Positions 17,743 through 27,462 of a DNA stretch of 33,994 nt are shown in pieces. The stretch comes from a virus (taxonomy: Duplodnaviria > Heunggongvirae > Uroviricota > Caudoviricetes): IMG/VR virus record IMGVR_UViG_2585427621_000012. One strand, given 5' to 3'. The position numbers and the translations under genes were made by a program. Below the pieces are notes generated by a model. The model was not told where the DNA came from. It saw only the letters and a list, made by a program, of their open reading frames with translations, and ran no database searches. How positions within the stretch are numbered: position 1 is the stretch's first letter; every line of letters starts with the position of its first letter.

Positions 17743-18486
17743 TTAACTGGCTTTCTTTTTCGGGCGTCCACGTTTTGCCGGTGTCACGCTCCGGGTCTTA
17801 CGCGGGGCGCGGGTGGCCGCTTTGGGCTGCGGCTCCGGCTTCGGTTTCAGCTCCCGCTCCAGTCGTTCAATCTCTTTTTTGACGCCTGCCTGACAGTCGA
17901 GCTGTGTCGCACGTTGCAGGTGAGCCAGCGCACCGGCGGCATCACCAGCGTCACGCAGAAACAGACCGGTGATTTTGTGCAGCTTTGCACGCACTTCATC
18001 AGGCATGTCTGCCGTGGCGGTCAGTGCAAGGGTCTCCGTCAGCAGGCGGGTATCCACAGACTCACCGGCAGCGTGGGCGCGCATGGCCGCGAGCGCCACC
18101 TCCTCGGTGAACATATACGGCGGGGTGCGGCGGTGTTTACCCGGCATGGTCAGACCGTACTTCAGGGCATAACGGGCAATCTCCAGCGCACCGGCAATAT
18201 CGCCGGTATCCAGACGCCACAGCATGACCGTCATCAGAATGTCATCCTGTGCACCTTTGCCCTGCTCCAGCACGCCGTTCACCCACGGCAACCAGAACGG
18301 CAGCAGTTCGCGTTTTTTCGCGGCCTTCAGCTCTTTTGAATAAATCGCTTTCAGTGTGCGCTGGTCTGCGGCCAGCTTGACCAGCATCTGCTCATAGACA
18401 GTTGCATGTCGCAGCGGGGCGGCGTCCCGCTGCGCGGTCATCGCTGCCGAGACCCGCATCATGTGGCGCTGTGCGGGACTCGTCAT
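17743..18486 (-). CDS. M: Terminase endonuclease (small) subunit gpM
   Basis: 247-aa ORF with a basic C-terminus; P2 M size and position. Confidence 0.85.
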   Translation of the reverse strand: MTSPAQRHMMRVSAAMTAQRDAAPLRHATVYEQMLVKLAADQRTLKAIYSKELKAAKKRELLPFWLPWVNGVLEQGKGAQDDILMTVMLWRLDTGDIAGALEIARYALKYGLTMPGKHRRTPPYMFTEEVALAAMRAHAAGESVDTRLLTETLALTATADMPDEVRAKLHKITGLFLRDAGDAAGALAHLQRATQLDCQAGVKKEIERLERELKPKPEPQPKAATRAPRKTRSVTPAKRGRPKKKAS

Positions 18487-18489
18487 CGG

Positions 18490-19563
18490 TTACGCTCCCG
18501 GCTCTGCGGTCACTTTAGTCGGTGTGGAGAAGTCACCGACCTTAATTTTTTCCACCAGACAACCGGCGGCGTAGTCTTCCACCACGTAATCAATGTTCAT
18601 TGACTCGTAGTTCTCCACGCGGTCGAGTTTCGGGTTTTCCACAATCACGCGGCGATGGCTGTCATCCATGTAGTAGATGGACAGGTTTTCCAGCTTCGTG
18701 ATGAGCATCGCATCCGCCGGGAAGTACGGGACGCGTACCGCCGGCAGGTTACCGATGCGTTTCTGGCTGATGATGACGTCAGCGGCCAGCATCTCGCTGT
18801 TGTCCTGCTCCCTGTTGACGATGGGAAAATACTTGTCCGCCAGCAGCTGACGCCCCACAATCACCACAAGGTCAGGGTCTTCCTGATACCACGGCTCAAT
18901 CAGGTTGTTGGTCGCATCCATCACCAGTGCATCGAGGCTGGCATAATCACCGCCCTTACCCACGCGGATGACCTCAGAGGTCGTGTGACCTTCCTCGTCA
19001 GTAACCTTGCTCATCACGCGCGCCGGGGCTTCATTGCGGTATTTCTGCAGCCAGCCGACCGCCACATCCTGCAGCATCTGGTTACTGCTGCGGTCAGAGG
19101 TTTCGGCACGCCTCACGCCGTTAAAACCGGCCATGATTAAATCAAGGGACTGGCGTTTGATAATGGCGTTACGGACACGGAGCTGGAAATCCTGATAACG
19201 CGCCCACAGGTCAAGCGTTTTGTAGCGGATATAAAAATCGAAGTTAATCTGGTCGCATTCGTACTTGTTTGACGCCAGCTTCGAGAAGTCCTTCGGCTGA
19301 CGCTCGGTGCCACCGGCGGTGTCTGTGGTGCTGGCGATGGAGCCGGTGACACCAATACCAATTTTTTCCCCTTTCATTTCGCTGACCGGCACAATGTTGA
19401 TGCGGGTCAGAAAGTCAGAGGACTCCTGCATGGTGTTCATCAGGGTCTGGGTGACCGACGGTTCAACGGTGAATTTTTTCGACACATCACCGGCGTCGAT
19501 GCCGTTCAGTTCGGCAACACGGGACAGGTAGGCATTAAATTTAAAGCGGGTTTCCTGGCGCAT
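18490..19563 (-). CDS. N: Major capsid protein gpN
   Basis: 357-aa ORF, P2 N size and position. Confidence 0.9.
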   Translation of the reverse strand: MRQETRFKFNAYLSRVAELNGIDAGDVSKKFTVEPSVTQTLMNTMQESSDFLTRINIVPVSEMKGEKIGIGVTGSIASTTDTAGGTERQPKDFSKLASNKYECDQINFDFYIRYKTLDLWARYQDFQLRVRNAIIKRQSLDLIMAGFNGVRRAETSDRSSNQMLQDVAVGWLQKYRNEAPARVMSKVTDEEGHTTSEVIRVGKGGDYASLDALVMDATNNLIEPWYQEDPDLVVIVGRQLLADKYFPIVNREQDNSEMLAADVIISQKRIGNLPAVRVPYFPADAMLITKLENLSIYYMDDSHRRVIVENPKLDRVENYESMNIDYVVEDYAAGCLVEKIKVGDFSTPTKVTAEPGA

Positions 19564-19621
19564 AGTTTTTCCTGAAATTAAGGGTTAATCGTGAAGGTTT
19601 TCCCGGACTGGCTGACGCCGG

Positions 19622-20476
19622 TCAGCAGTTCGTCATCAGGGCGTCACCGCCACCGCCGGTGGCCTTGCTGCGGCGCTGCTGGGTCAGACTTTCGGTGTGG
19701 TCGAGACTGTTTTTCAGGCGGCTGAATGCCTGGCTGGTTTCATCCGCCCTGTCAGTCACCTCCTGCTTAAGTGCGGAAAAGGCGGTTTCCATCTCAGCGA
19801 GTCGCTGCTCAGTGGCGCTCAGCTTTTCCTGCACATGTTCAGCAACAGCGGTCACCGCTTCATGCACGTCATTCAGACGGGCGTCATCGCTGGCCTGTTT
19901 GCGGCCAAAAATGGATTTCACCTTTTCGGTCAGGGCGGTGAACACGGTTTCAGGCAGGTCTTCAAATTCCAGCTCAACAGGCGTTGCTACTGAAATCAGG
20001 TTTTCAGGGCTTAATTTGAAGCGGTTCAGGGGGTTGTGTTTTGCCGTGCGGCAGAATTCCAGGTATTCCGTGCCGAGGCTTGCCGGGTCATCGGTGACGG
20101 CCAGACCCACCAGATAACATTTGCCGGTGTTGGCAAAGTTCGGCTGAATTTCCATTGAGGTGTAGACCTTCTGCGCGGCCTTGTTCATCGCGATAAGGTC
20201 ATCGGTCGGGGTGATTTTCGCAAACAGCGCCCATTTGCCTTTCAGCGCCGAATCGTCATCAATCTTTTCGGCCTTCAGTTCGGCCACATCGCCATAACGT
20301 TTAAAAATACCGTCAGGCAGGATGCCGCGCAGATGTTCCAGGTTAATGCGGCAACCATAGACACGCGGGTCAAAGGTTTCGGCCATTTCCTGAATATCCT
20401 GCGCACTGATGACACGCCCGTCACAGGTGTCACCCTCAACGCCGATACGAAAGAATTTTGAGACTTTTTTTGCCAT
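19622..20476 (-). CDS. O: Capsid scaffold protein gpO
   Basis: 284-aa product starting MAKKVSKFFRIGVEGDTCDGR...; the track ORF carries a 22-aa upstream extension. Confidence 0.9.
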   Translation of the reverse strand: MAKKVSKFFRIGVEGDTCDGRVISAQDIQEMAETFDPRVYGCRINLEHLRGILPDGIFKRYGDVAELKAEKIDDDSALKGKWALFAKITPTDDLIAMNKAAQKVYTSMEIQPNFANTGKCYLVGLAVTDDPASLGTEYLEFCRTAKHNPLNRFKLSPENLISVATPVELEFEDLPETVFTALTEKVKSIFGRKQASDDARLNDVHEAVTAVAEHVQEKLSATEQRLAEMETAFSALKQEVTDRADETSQAFSRLKNSLDHTESLTQQRRSKATGGGGDALMTNC

Positions 20477-20649
20477 TGTCAGGAGTCCTGAATAGTGATT
20501 AGAAGAGTCACATGTCGGCATCAGTTTCCCGACGATGCGCATCCTCCGCCATCAGTCCCGGATGGCTTATCACTGACACAACAGCACCTTAGCGAATCGC
20601 GGGGCGCGACTCAGTAGCCTTGCCGTGTATTCATCACGGCGAGGTATTC

Positions 20650-22422
20650 ATGACCATCACCACAGACACCACTCTTTTACACGACCCGCGTCGTCAGGCG
20701 GCGCTGCTGTACTGGCAGGGATTTTCCGTGCCGCAGATTGCCGCCATGTTGCAGATGAAACGCCCGACGGTGCAGAGCTGGAAACAGCGCGACGGCTGGG
20801 ACAGCGTTGCCCCCATCAGCCGTGTCGAAATGAGTCTGGAAGCGCGGCTGACCCAGCTCATCATCAAACCGCAGAAAACCGGCGGTGACTTCAAGGAAAT
20901 TGACCTGCTCGGACGCCAGATTGAACGACTGGCACGGGTAAACCGCTACAGCCAGACCGGCAACGAGGCAGACCTTAATCCGAACATCGCTAACCGCAAC
21001 AAAGGCGGGCGGCGCAAACCGAAAAAGAATTTTTTCAGTGACGAGGCTATCGAAAAGCTGGAGCAGATTTTCTTTGAGCAGTCTTTCGAATATCAGTTGC
21101 ACTGGTATCGCGCCGGGCTTGAGCACCGCATCCGCGATATCCTGAAATCCCGCCAGATTGGCGCGACGTTTTATTTTTCCCGCGAGGCGCTGCTGCGCGC
21201 CCTGAAAACCGGTCATAACCAGATTTTTCTGTCGGCCAGTAAAACGCAGGCGTATGTGTTCCGCGAATACATCATCGCCTTTGCCCGGCTGGTTGACGTT
21301 GACCTGACCGGTGACCCGATTGTCCTGGGCAATAACAGCGCAAAACTGATTTTTCTCGGCACCAACTCCAACACCGCGCAGAGCCATAACGGCGACCTGT
21401 ACGTCGACGAGATTTTCTGGATACCGAATTTTCAGGTACTGCGTAAGGTGGCATCAGGTATGGCCTCACAGAGTCACCTGCGCTCGACCTATTTCTCCAC
21501 CCCGTCCACGCTGGCGCACGACGCCTACCCGTTCTGGTCGGGTGAACTGTTCAACCGGGGACGCGCCAGCGCCGCCGAACGCGTGGAAATCGACGTCAGT
21601 CATAACGCTCTTGCCGGTGGGCTTCTCTGTGCGGACGGTCAGTGGCGGCAGATTGTCACCATTGAGGACGCCCTGAAAGGTGGCTGCACGCTGTTCGACA
21701 TTGAGCAGCTTAAACGCGAAAACAGCGCCGACGATTTTAAAAACCTGTTCATGTGTGAATTTGTTGACGACAAGGCGTCGGTGTTCCCGTTCGAGGAGCT
21801 GCAACGCTGCATGGTCGACACGCTGGAAGAATGGGAAGACTATGCGCCGTTTGCCGCGAATCCGTTCGGCTCCCGCCCGGTCTGGATTGGTTACGACCCG
21901 TCACACCGTGGCGACAGTGCCGGATGCGTGGTGCTGGCACCGCCGGTGGTGGCCGGTGGCAAATTCAGAATACTTGAGCGTCACCAGTGGAAAGGCATGG
22001 ACTTTGCCACCCAGGCTGAATCCATCCGCAAACTCACCGAAAAATACAACGTCGAATACATCGGAATTGATGCCACCGGCCTCGGTGTCGGCGTGTTCCT
22101 GCTCGTTCGCTCGTTCTATCCCGCCGCACGCGATATCCGCTACACGCCGGAAATGAAAACCGCAATGGTGCTCAAGGCAAAAGACGTTATTCGCCGTGGC
22201 TGTCTGGAATATGACGTCAGCGCCACCGACATCACCAGCTCGTTTATGGCTATCCGCAAGACCATGACCAGCAGCGGACGCAGCGCCACCTATGAGGCCA
22301 GCCGCAGCGAGGAAGCCAGCCACGCCGACCTCGCCTGGGCGACCATGCACGCCCTGTTAAATGAGCCACTCACCGCCGGTATCAGCACCCCGCTGACATC
22401 CACCATTCTGGAGTTTTACTGA
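20650..22422 (+). CDS. P: Terminase large (ATPase) subunit gpP
   Basis: 590-aa product starting MTITTDTTLLHD...; divergent from O, as in P2. Confidence 0.9.
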   Translation: MTITTDTTLLHDPRRQAALLYWQGFSVPQIAAMLQMKRPTVQSWKQRDGWDSVAPISRVEMSLEARLTQLIIKPQKTGGDFKEIDLLGRQIERLARVNRYSQTGNEADLNPNIANRNKGGRRKPKKNFFSDEAIEKLEQIFFEQSFEYQLHWYRAGLEHRIRDILKSRQIGATFYFSREALLRALKTGHNQIFLSASKTQAYVFREYIIAFARLVDVDLTGDPIVLGNNSAKLIFLGTNSNTAQSHNGDLYVDEIFWIPNFQVLRKVASGMASQSHLRSTYFSTPSTLAHDAYPFWSGELFNRGRASAAERVEIDVSHNALAGGLLCADGQWRQIVTIEDALKGGCTLFDIEQLKRENSADDFKNLFMCEFVDDKASVFPFEELQRCMVDTLEEWEDYAPFAANPFGSRPVWIGYDPSHRGDSAGCVVLAPPVVAGGKFRILERHQWKGMDFATQAESIRKLTEKYNVEYIGIDATGLGVGVFLLVRSFYPAARDIRYTPEMKTAMVLKAKDVIRRGCLEYDVSATDITSSFMAIRKTMTSSGRSATYEASRSEEASHADLAWATMHALLNEPLTAGISTPLTSTILEFY

Positions 22423-23456
22423 TGAGCAAGAAAAAAGGGAAAACACCGCAACCTGCGGCAAAAAAAATGACCGCCAGCGCCCCGAAAATGGAGGCATTCA
22501 CCTTTGGTGAACCGGTGCCGGTACTCGACCGCCGTGACATTCTGGATTACGTCGAGTGCATCAGTAACGGCAGATGGTATGAGCCACCGGTCAGCTTTAC
22601 CGGTCTGGCAAAAAGCCTGCGTGCTGCCGTACATCACAGCTCACCGATTTACGTCAAACGTAATATTCTGGCTTCAACGTTTATTCCGCACCCGTGGCTT
22701 TCCCAGCAGGATTTCAGCCGCTTTGTGCTGGATTTTCTGGTGTTCGGTAATGCGTTTCTGGAAAAGCGTTACAGCACCACCGGTAAGGTCATCAGACTGG
22801 AAACCTCACCGGCAAAATATACCCGCCGTGGCGTGGAGGAGGATGTTTACTGGTGGGTGCCGTCCTTCAACGAGCCGACAGCCTTCGCGCCCGGCTCCGT
22901 GTTTCACCTGCTGGAGCCGGATATTAATCAGGAGCTGTACGGCCTGCCGGAATATCTCAGCGCCCTTAATTCTGCCTGGCTGAATGAGTCGGCCACGCTG
23001 TTCCGCCGCAAGTATTACGAAAACGGCGCTCATGCCGGATATATCATGTACGTCACCGATGCCGTGCAGGATCGCAACGATATCGAAATGCTTCGCGAAA
23101 ACATGGTCAAGTCGAAAGGCCGCAACAACTTTAAAAATCTGTTTCTCTATGCCCCGCAGGGGAAAGCCGACGGCATTAAAATTATCCCGCTCAGTGAAGT
23201 GGCAACGAAGGACGATTTTTTTAATATCAAAAAAGCCAGCGCCGCTGACCTGCTGGACGCGCACCGCATCCCCTTTCAGTTGATGGGCGGCAAGCCGGAG
23301 AACGTCGGGTCGCTGGGTGATATTGAGAAAGTGGCAAAGGTCTTTGTCCGCAATGAGCTTATCCCGCTACAGGACAGGATCCGCGAGATAAACGGCTGGC
23401 TCGGTCAGGAGGTCATCCGCTTTAAAAACTACTCACTGGACACTGACAACGGCTGA
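22422..23456 (+). CDS. Q: Portal protein gpQ
   Basis: 344-aa ORF, P2 Q size; start overlaps the P stop. Confidence 0.9.
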   Translation: MSKKKGKTPQPAAKKMTASAPKMEAFTFGEPVPVLDRRDILDYVECISNGRWYEPPVSFTGLAKSLRAAVHHSSPIYVKRNILASTFIPHPWLSQQDFSRFVLDFLVFGNAFLEKRYSTTGKVIRLETSPAKYTRRGVEEDVYWWVPSFNEPTAFAPGSVFHLLEPDINQELYGLPEYLSALNSAWLNESATLFRRKYYENGAHAGYIMYVTDAVQDRNDIEMLRENMVKSKGRNNFKNLFLYAPQGKADGIKIIPLSEVATKDDFFNIKKASAADLLDAHRIPFQLMGGKPENVGSLGDIEKVAKVFVRNELIPLQDRIREINGWLGQEVIRFKNYSLDTDNG

Positions 23457-23461
23457 ACATC

Positions 23462-23483
23462 GCCGCCTGCGGGCGGCTTTTTT
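23462..23483 (+). terminator. Rho-independent terminator after Q
   Basis: GCCGCC-tgcg-GGCGGC hairpin followed by TTTTTT. Confidence 0.6.
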
Positions 23484-23625
23484 ACACCCCGTCATCACGC
23501 CCTCACACGCTCACCACCGCACAAAACACCCCGCAGACACACCAACGCCTCAACGGGCAGACTAAGCGCCATCACGACGCGCTCAGACGCTGAAAAAATA
23601 AAATCAGCACCACCGCCAGCGCGCA

Positions 23626-23644
23626 GTGCTTTCCCCGCCTCGCC
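23626..23644. other. cos site (19-nt cohesive end, GGCGAGGCGGGGAAAGCAC on the minus strand)
   Basis: Reverse complement of 23626-23644 equals the remembered P2 cohesive-end sequence; flanking sequence toward Q matches the remembered P2 left end. Confidence 0.75.
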
Positions 23645-23773
23645 CGCCCGCTTCATGTGGCGATTTTAATGCGGTTGCATTTTTATCGAAAGTCTCGTCT
23701 CACAAATCCCTCCCTTCACTAAATAGACTCATTATCCACATGCAATCTAATTCAAAAAAATGCATGTATAGTA

Positions 23774-25744
23774 TTAAAGGTCATCAATTAAACCTAAAGG
23801 CAAACCGTCCTCACCAACCGAGCTATAATGAGCGATAATATTCGAAAGTTCACCAGTAGAAAACGAATTAGGCAAATCATTATCAACTAATATAATCTGG
23901 CACGGAACATTTTTTCTTTCTGCTTTTTGAACTGTATTCAATAGTTGTTCATAAATATTTTGATACTTCATCGGATCTGACATTCCCTCAAGGTCATCCT
24001 CGAATGCAAGAGTTTCTTTTGAATATTTTTCCTTGGTCTGTTTCCCTAAATATTTGCCAACCGTATCAAATATCAAAAGTAAAGGATGGTTAACATTATG
24101 ATCTATTGCATAATCAAGAATAGACAAAAGATACCCAATAGAAGAAATAGTTCTCAAACCTCCGGATGTTATTTTAAAATATTCTTTTTCTCTTATAACA
24201 GGAATGTAATAGCTTTCAGAGATTTTTATCCCCGTTCTGTTTTTGATATTAATACCCTTCAAATACTGACTAAATCTATCACCCAAACCTTGTAAAATGC
24301 CCTCCATGCTAGGTGCGTTTTTCTTTAACGCCTCCAAGCGTTCAGTTAATGCTTCAATATCTTTTCTCAGTACCTGATACTTTTCAAGCAGTTCCTCTTG
24401 CTGGTTTCTAACCTTCAAATCTTTTACTAACTGCTCCCTAACCTTCTCATTTTTTGAGATCTCTTTAATATAAAAATCTCTCTGAGTCAAGAATGGTGTA
24501 ATCATTGACTGGCTTTCTTCGTCAATCAATTCTCTCAACTCGTCAAGTCGTTCATCTAATTCCTTTTTATAACCTGATTCTTTTTTTAATTTAAATGACA
24601 TTTCTGAGATCATGTCATTAATATTTCGTCTACGTCGACTAAGTGAATTCAACTCTTCATTAAGATCTTTTTCTGATGAAATTTCAAATGGAAAATCAGA
24701 ATCATCTATTTTAATGTGGCTATCACAGACTGGACAGGAAAATACTTCCTTATCCAATACACCAATGCGAGAATTTGCTGTTTTAATCGCTTTGAGTTTT
24801 TCAATATCATTATCATAGTCATTTTTTAACCGCGAATATTTATCAATCTTATCCTCAAGCGCAGTAATATTTAATATGCACTCTTTGTATTTAAGCGAAA
24901 TAAAATTGTGAGCATCTTTCAATTCTGTATACTGTATGGAATCCGCTTTCATATTTTTATCGAGAGCAGACAAACCTGCAACAAGTTCTTCTAAAACAAG
25001 ATCTATCCTATTAATCTCATCATCAATTGATTCAATCGTTTCATAGTCTGTATCGCGAAGAAATTCAGATATTATCTGATACTTCCTATTTAATTCCGTT
25101 ACTAAACTACTTTTTGCAGATATTTCACCTTGGAGTCTGGCGATGCTTTCATCCAACACATTGAACATGTATTTAAAAACTTCTTTCGTAAATGCGTAGC
25201 GGGACCAATCACCCAATCGCAAGAAAGATTTACTACCAATATCATCCTGACTTACATAAACAAATTTATATATATTTCTAAAACTTAACCTGCGCATCTG
25301 TGAATGAGCTTTAGAAGGAGACACCTTAATTTCAATCTTTGGAAAATTAAGACTATCAAGTAAAAACTCCGAAAAAACACCATCAACATTTGATAATGGG
25401 CTATAATTAGGAGCGTATTTTTTCGGAAAATGTTTATGTAAATCATCAAACTTACAACGATAAACTTCTATTGCTTTTTTATGATCATAGATATCTCTTA
25501 CGATTGTGAATACAGTATCATTGATCACTACTTCAAGAGCAGCATAGTTTACTGATGTTTTTATTTCATCTGCTAAATCTATAGAGCTAGCACCTAAAAG
25601 ATAATTAATAAACTCCAGAATGCTTGACTTACCTGTGTCAGAGTCTCCGTAGATAACATTGAGACCTTTATAAAAAGTAGTGACGTAGTTTTTACGAACG
25701 CCAACAAGAATCAAACTATTGATATTGAGATATGATTTCATCAT
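23774..25744 (-). CDS. Rad50/SbcC/SMC-like ABC ATPase with coiled coil and CxxC zinc hook (candidate defence ATPase, LmuB-like)
   Basis: 656 aa; Walker A GDSDTGKSS near the N-terminus; long low-complexity charged, helical middle with CPVCD at about residue 336; C-terminal signature-like TSGG, Walker B LLLIFD, and ILVDND; AT-rich codon usage. Confidence 0.7.
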   Translation of the reverse strand: MMKSYLNINSLILVGVRKNYVTTFYKGLNVIYGDSDTGKSSILEFINYLLGASSIDLADEIKTSVNYAALEVVINDTVFTIVRDIYDHKKAIEVYRCKFDDLHKHFPKKYAPNYSPLSNVDGVFSEFLLDSLNFPKIEIKVSPSKAHSQMRRLSFRNIYKFVYVSQDDIGSKSFLRLGDWSRYAFTKEVFKYMFNVLDESIARLQGEISAKSSLVTELNRKYQIISEFLRDTDYETIESIDDEINRIDLVLEELVAGLSALDKNMKADSIQYTELKDAHNFISLKYKECILNITALEDKIDKYSRLKNDYDNDIEKLKAIKTANSRIGVLDKEVFSCPVCDSHIKIDDSDFPFEISSEKDLNEELNSLSRRRRNINDMISEMSFKLKKESGYKKELDERLDELRELIDEESQSMITPFLTQRDFYIKEISKNEKVREQLVKDLKVRNQQEELLEKYQVLRKDIEALTERLEALKKNAPSMEGILQGLGDRFSQYLKGINIKNRTGIKISESYYIPVIREKEYFKITSGGLRTISSIGYLLSILDYAIDHNVNHPLLLIFDTVGKYLGKQTKEKYSKETLAFEDDLEGMSDPMKYQNIYEQLLNTVQKAERKNVPCQIILVDNDLPNSFSTGELSNIIAHYSSVGEDGLPLGLIDDL

Positions 25745-25853
25745 TTCTCCTTGAAGACTTGATTTATAACAGAGTTTAACTTAGAGGTAGGCAATGCTTG
25801 TAGCGGTAACAATGCTTCGGATAGTCGTTTTATTTCTTTAAAATATCCATCAG

Positions 25854-26252
25854 TCAATGAGCTAGCAAATTCCTTACCTTTTTCAGATAAAAATAATTTA
25901 ACACTCTCATTATTTTTTTCTCAGCTGAGAGCAATCCCCGCAATGACATAATTTTTATAAGATATTTCACTTTGGAATTGTCGAATAAGATATCTACATT
26001 TGTTGAAAAACTCTTTATTGTATAAGTTAACTGGGACTCGACACAAGCAGGCTTTTTCCCCGAAACTGTAAGAGCATAATCAATTTTTGATGGGTTTTTT
26101 ATCAGATACATAAAAATTTGTATTTTATTAATATCTAATGATAACACTCCTTTTTTGCTATGAGATAATATAGATATAGCAATGGCAAGCATAGCAAAAT
26201 TCAAGCTATACTCTTCATCAAGAGGAATATACGGCAAGTTATTTTTCTTCAT
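25854..26252 (-). CDS. Small middle-component protein of the three-gene module; as sequenced 132 aa, possibly about 170 aa if a frameshift at an A7 run is resolved
   Basis: ORF between the hydrolase and ATPase genes; a second open frame (25741-25912, ...SVKLFLSEKGKEFASSLTDGYFKEIKRLSEALLPLQ...) continues to a TGA overlapping the ATPase ATG. Confidence 0.55.
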   Translation of the reverse strand: MKKNNLPYIPLDEEYSLNFAMLAIAISILSHSKKGVLSLDINKIQIFMYLIKNPSKIDYALTVSGKKPACVESQLTYTIKSFSTNVDILFDNSKVKYLIKIMSLRGLLSAEKKIMRVLNYFYLKKVRNLLAH

Positions 26253-27462
26253 GATTACCTCGCCGTAATTGCTCCAAAGTTTCTACGCTGGTTTCAGATG
26301 ACCAGACAATATCCCTGTCATTTTTGTTAGCCAGTTGATGCAACATTCCTTTCTTATGTATCGTTTCTAAACTTTTTATAAGAGAATCTAACGACGACTT
26401 ATCCTCTTGGGCTATTCGTCTATGAACAGCAGCAATAAATTTATCTGGGGAAATTGAATTCGCGATATATTGCTCATACTCTTCCTGGTAAATCTCCCTT
26501 ATTTTAGAATACAAATGACCAAGTAGTTTCCTATCGTAATCACTCGTAAAAATATTTCTCGCAAGCTCAGCATTATAATAATATTCCTTTGCATGCATAG
26601 CGATATCCTGATGTATATCTGCGACAATCATTTTTAAGACGAAATACTCATTATCATATTGTTTCTCATCAGAAAAACGCTCAACACATATCTTCTTGGG
26701 TGCTTCTAAATTTATCTGCTGAATAAATTGCTTTACCGCAACAAACACTGTAGACGAGCTGTTTTCGGGCTTGCAAATTGAGCTATGCCCTTCATTAACT
26801 GCAATTGAGTTATTTCGTTCACTATCCATCGGTAATGCGCTTTTTTTATCAACTATAGTGTCATGAGAACCATAAACATATCTAGTGATAGGAAGTTTTT
26901 TGCTACAATTTATCCAGCGCCTATTCAACGTATCGGTCGCTTCACTTAACAATCCAAGATCTACTAACTGAGCATTTGAAGATACCATTGAAGTTATATT
27001 CGCCAATTTAGCACCAAAGTGAGGGACTGCTAACGAAATGAATCCAATTATATTAGATTGTTCCTCATGCTCAACTTTTTTTAGAATTAGATTTTTTGAT
27101 ATTACCCCCCCCATACTATGGGCGATTATTATAATTCGAGAGTAATCACTTAGCGTTACCCTAATCTCAGTATACAATAACTCAGCTATTTCATCAGTTG
27201 GTAAATTTCTCTCTAACTTATTTTTCTTAGAGAAAATACGAGCCCATAATCCTGACGTTTTAGCATACGTTTGTGTAAATTTGGTGAAATAATTGAAACA
27301 TGCAATATCAAATACATTGCCAATGTCTTCATCTTCTGCTAATAGTTTTGGAAATGAAGTTTCTTTATTAAAGTTCCATGTTTCCAAACCACCATTTAAT
27401 CCATGTACAAATAGTATCAGGCTATCTTTTTTCTCGTGGCTTATCCATTCAACCATGCTCAT
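26239..27462 (-). CDS. Lipase-like alpha/beta-hydrolase (serine hydrolase) with C-terminal helical domain (candidate effector, LmuA-like)
   Basis: 407 aa; oxyanion-hole motif LILFVHGLNG, nucleophile elbow AHSMGG (AxSxG), downstream GSHDT (Asp) and NEGHSS (His) consistent with a Ser-Asp-His triad; about 170-aa helical C-terminus; AT-rich. Confidence 0.7.
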   Translation of the reverse strand: MSMVEWISHEKKDSLILFVHGLNGGLETWNFNKETSFPKLLAEDEDIGNVFDIACFNYFTKFTQTYAKTSGLWARIFSKKNKLERNLPTDEIAELLYTEIRVTLSDYSRIIIIAHSMGGVISKNLILKKVEHEEQSNIIGFISLAVPHFGAKLANITSMVSSNAQLVDLGLLSEATDTLNRRWINCSKKLPITRYVYGSHDTIVDKKSALPMDSERNNSIAVNEGHSSICKPENSSSTVFVAVKQFIQQINLEAPKKICVERFSDEKQYDNEYFVLKMIVADIHQDIAMHAKEYYYNAELARNIFTSDYDRKLLGHLYSKIREIYQEEYEQYIANSISPDKFIAAVHRRIAQEDKSSLDSLIKSLETIHKKGMLHQLANKNDRDIVWSSETSVETLEQLRRGNHEEK

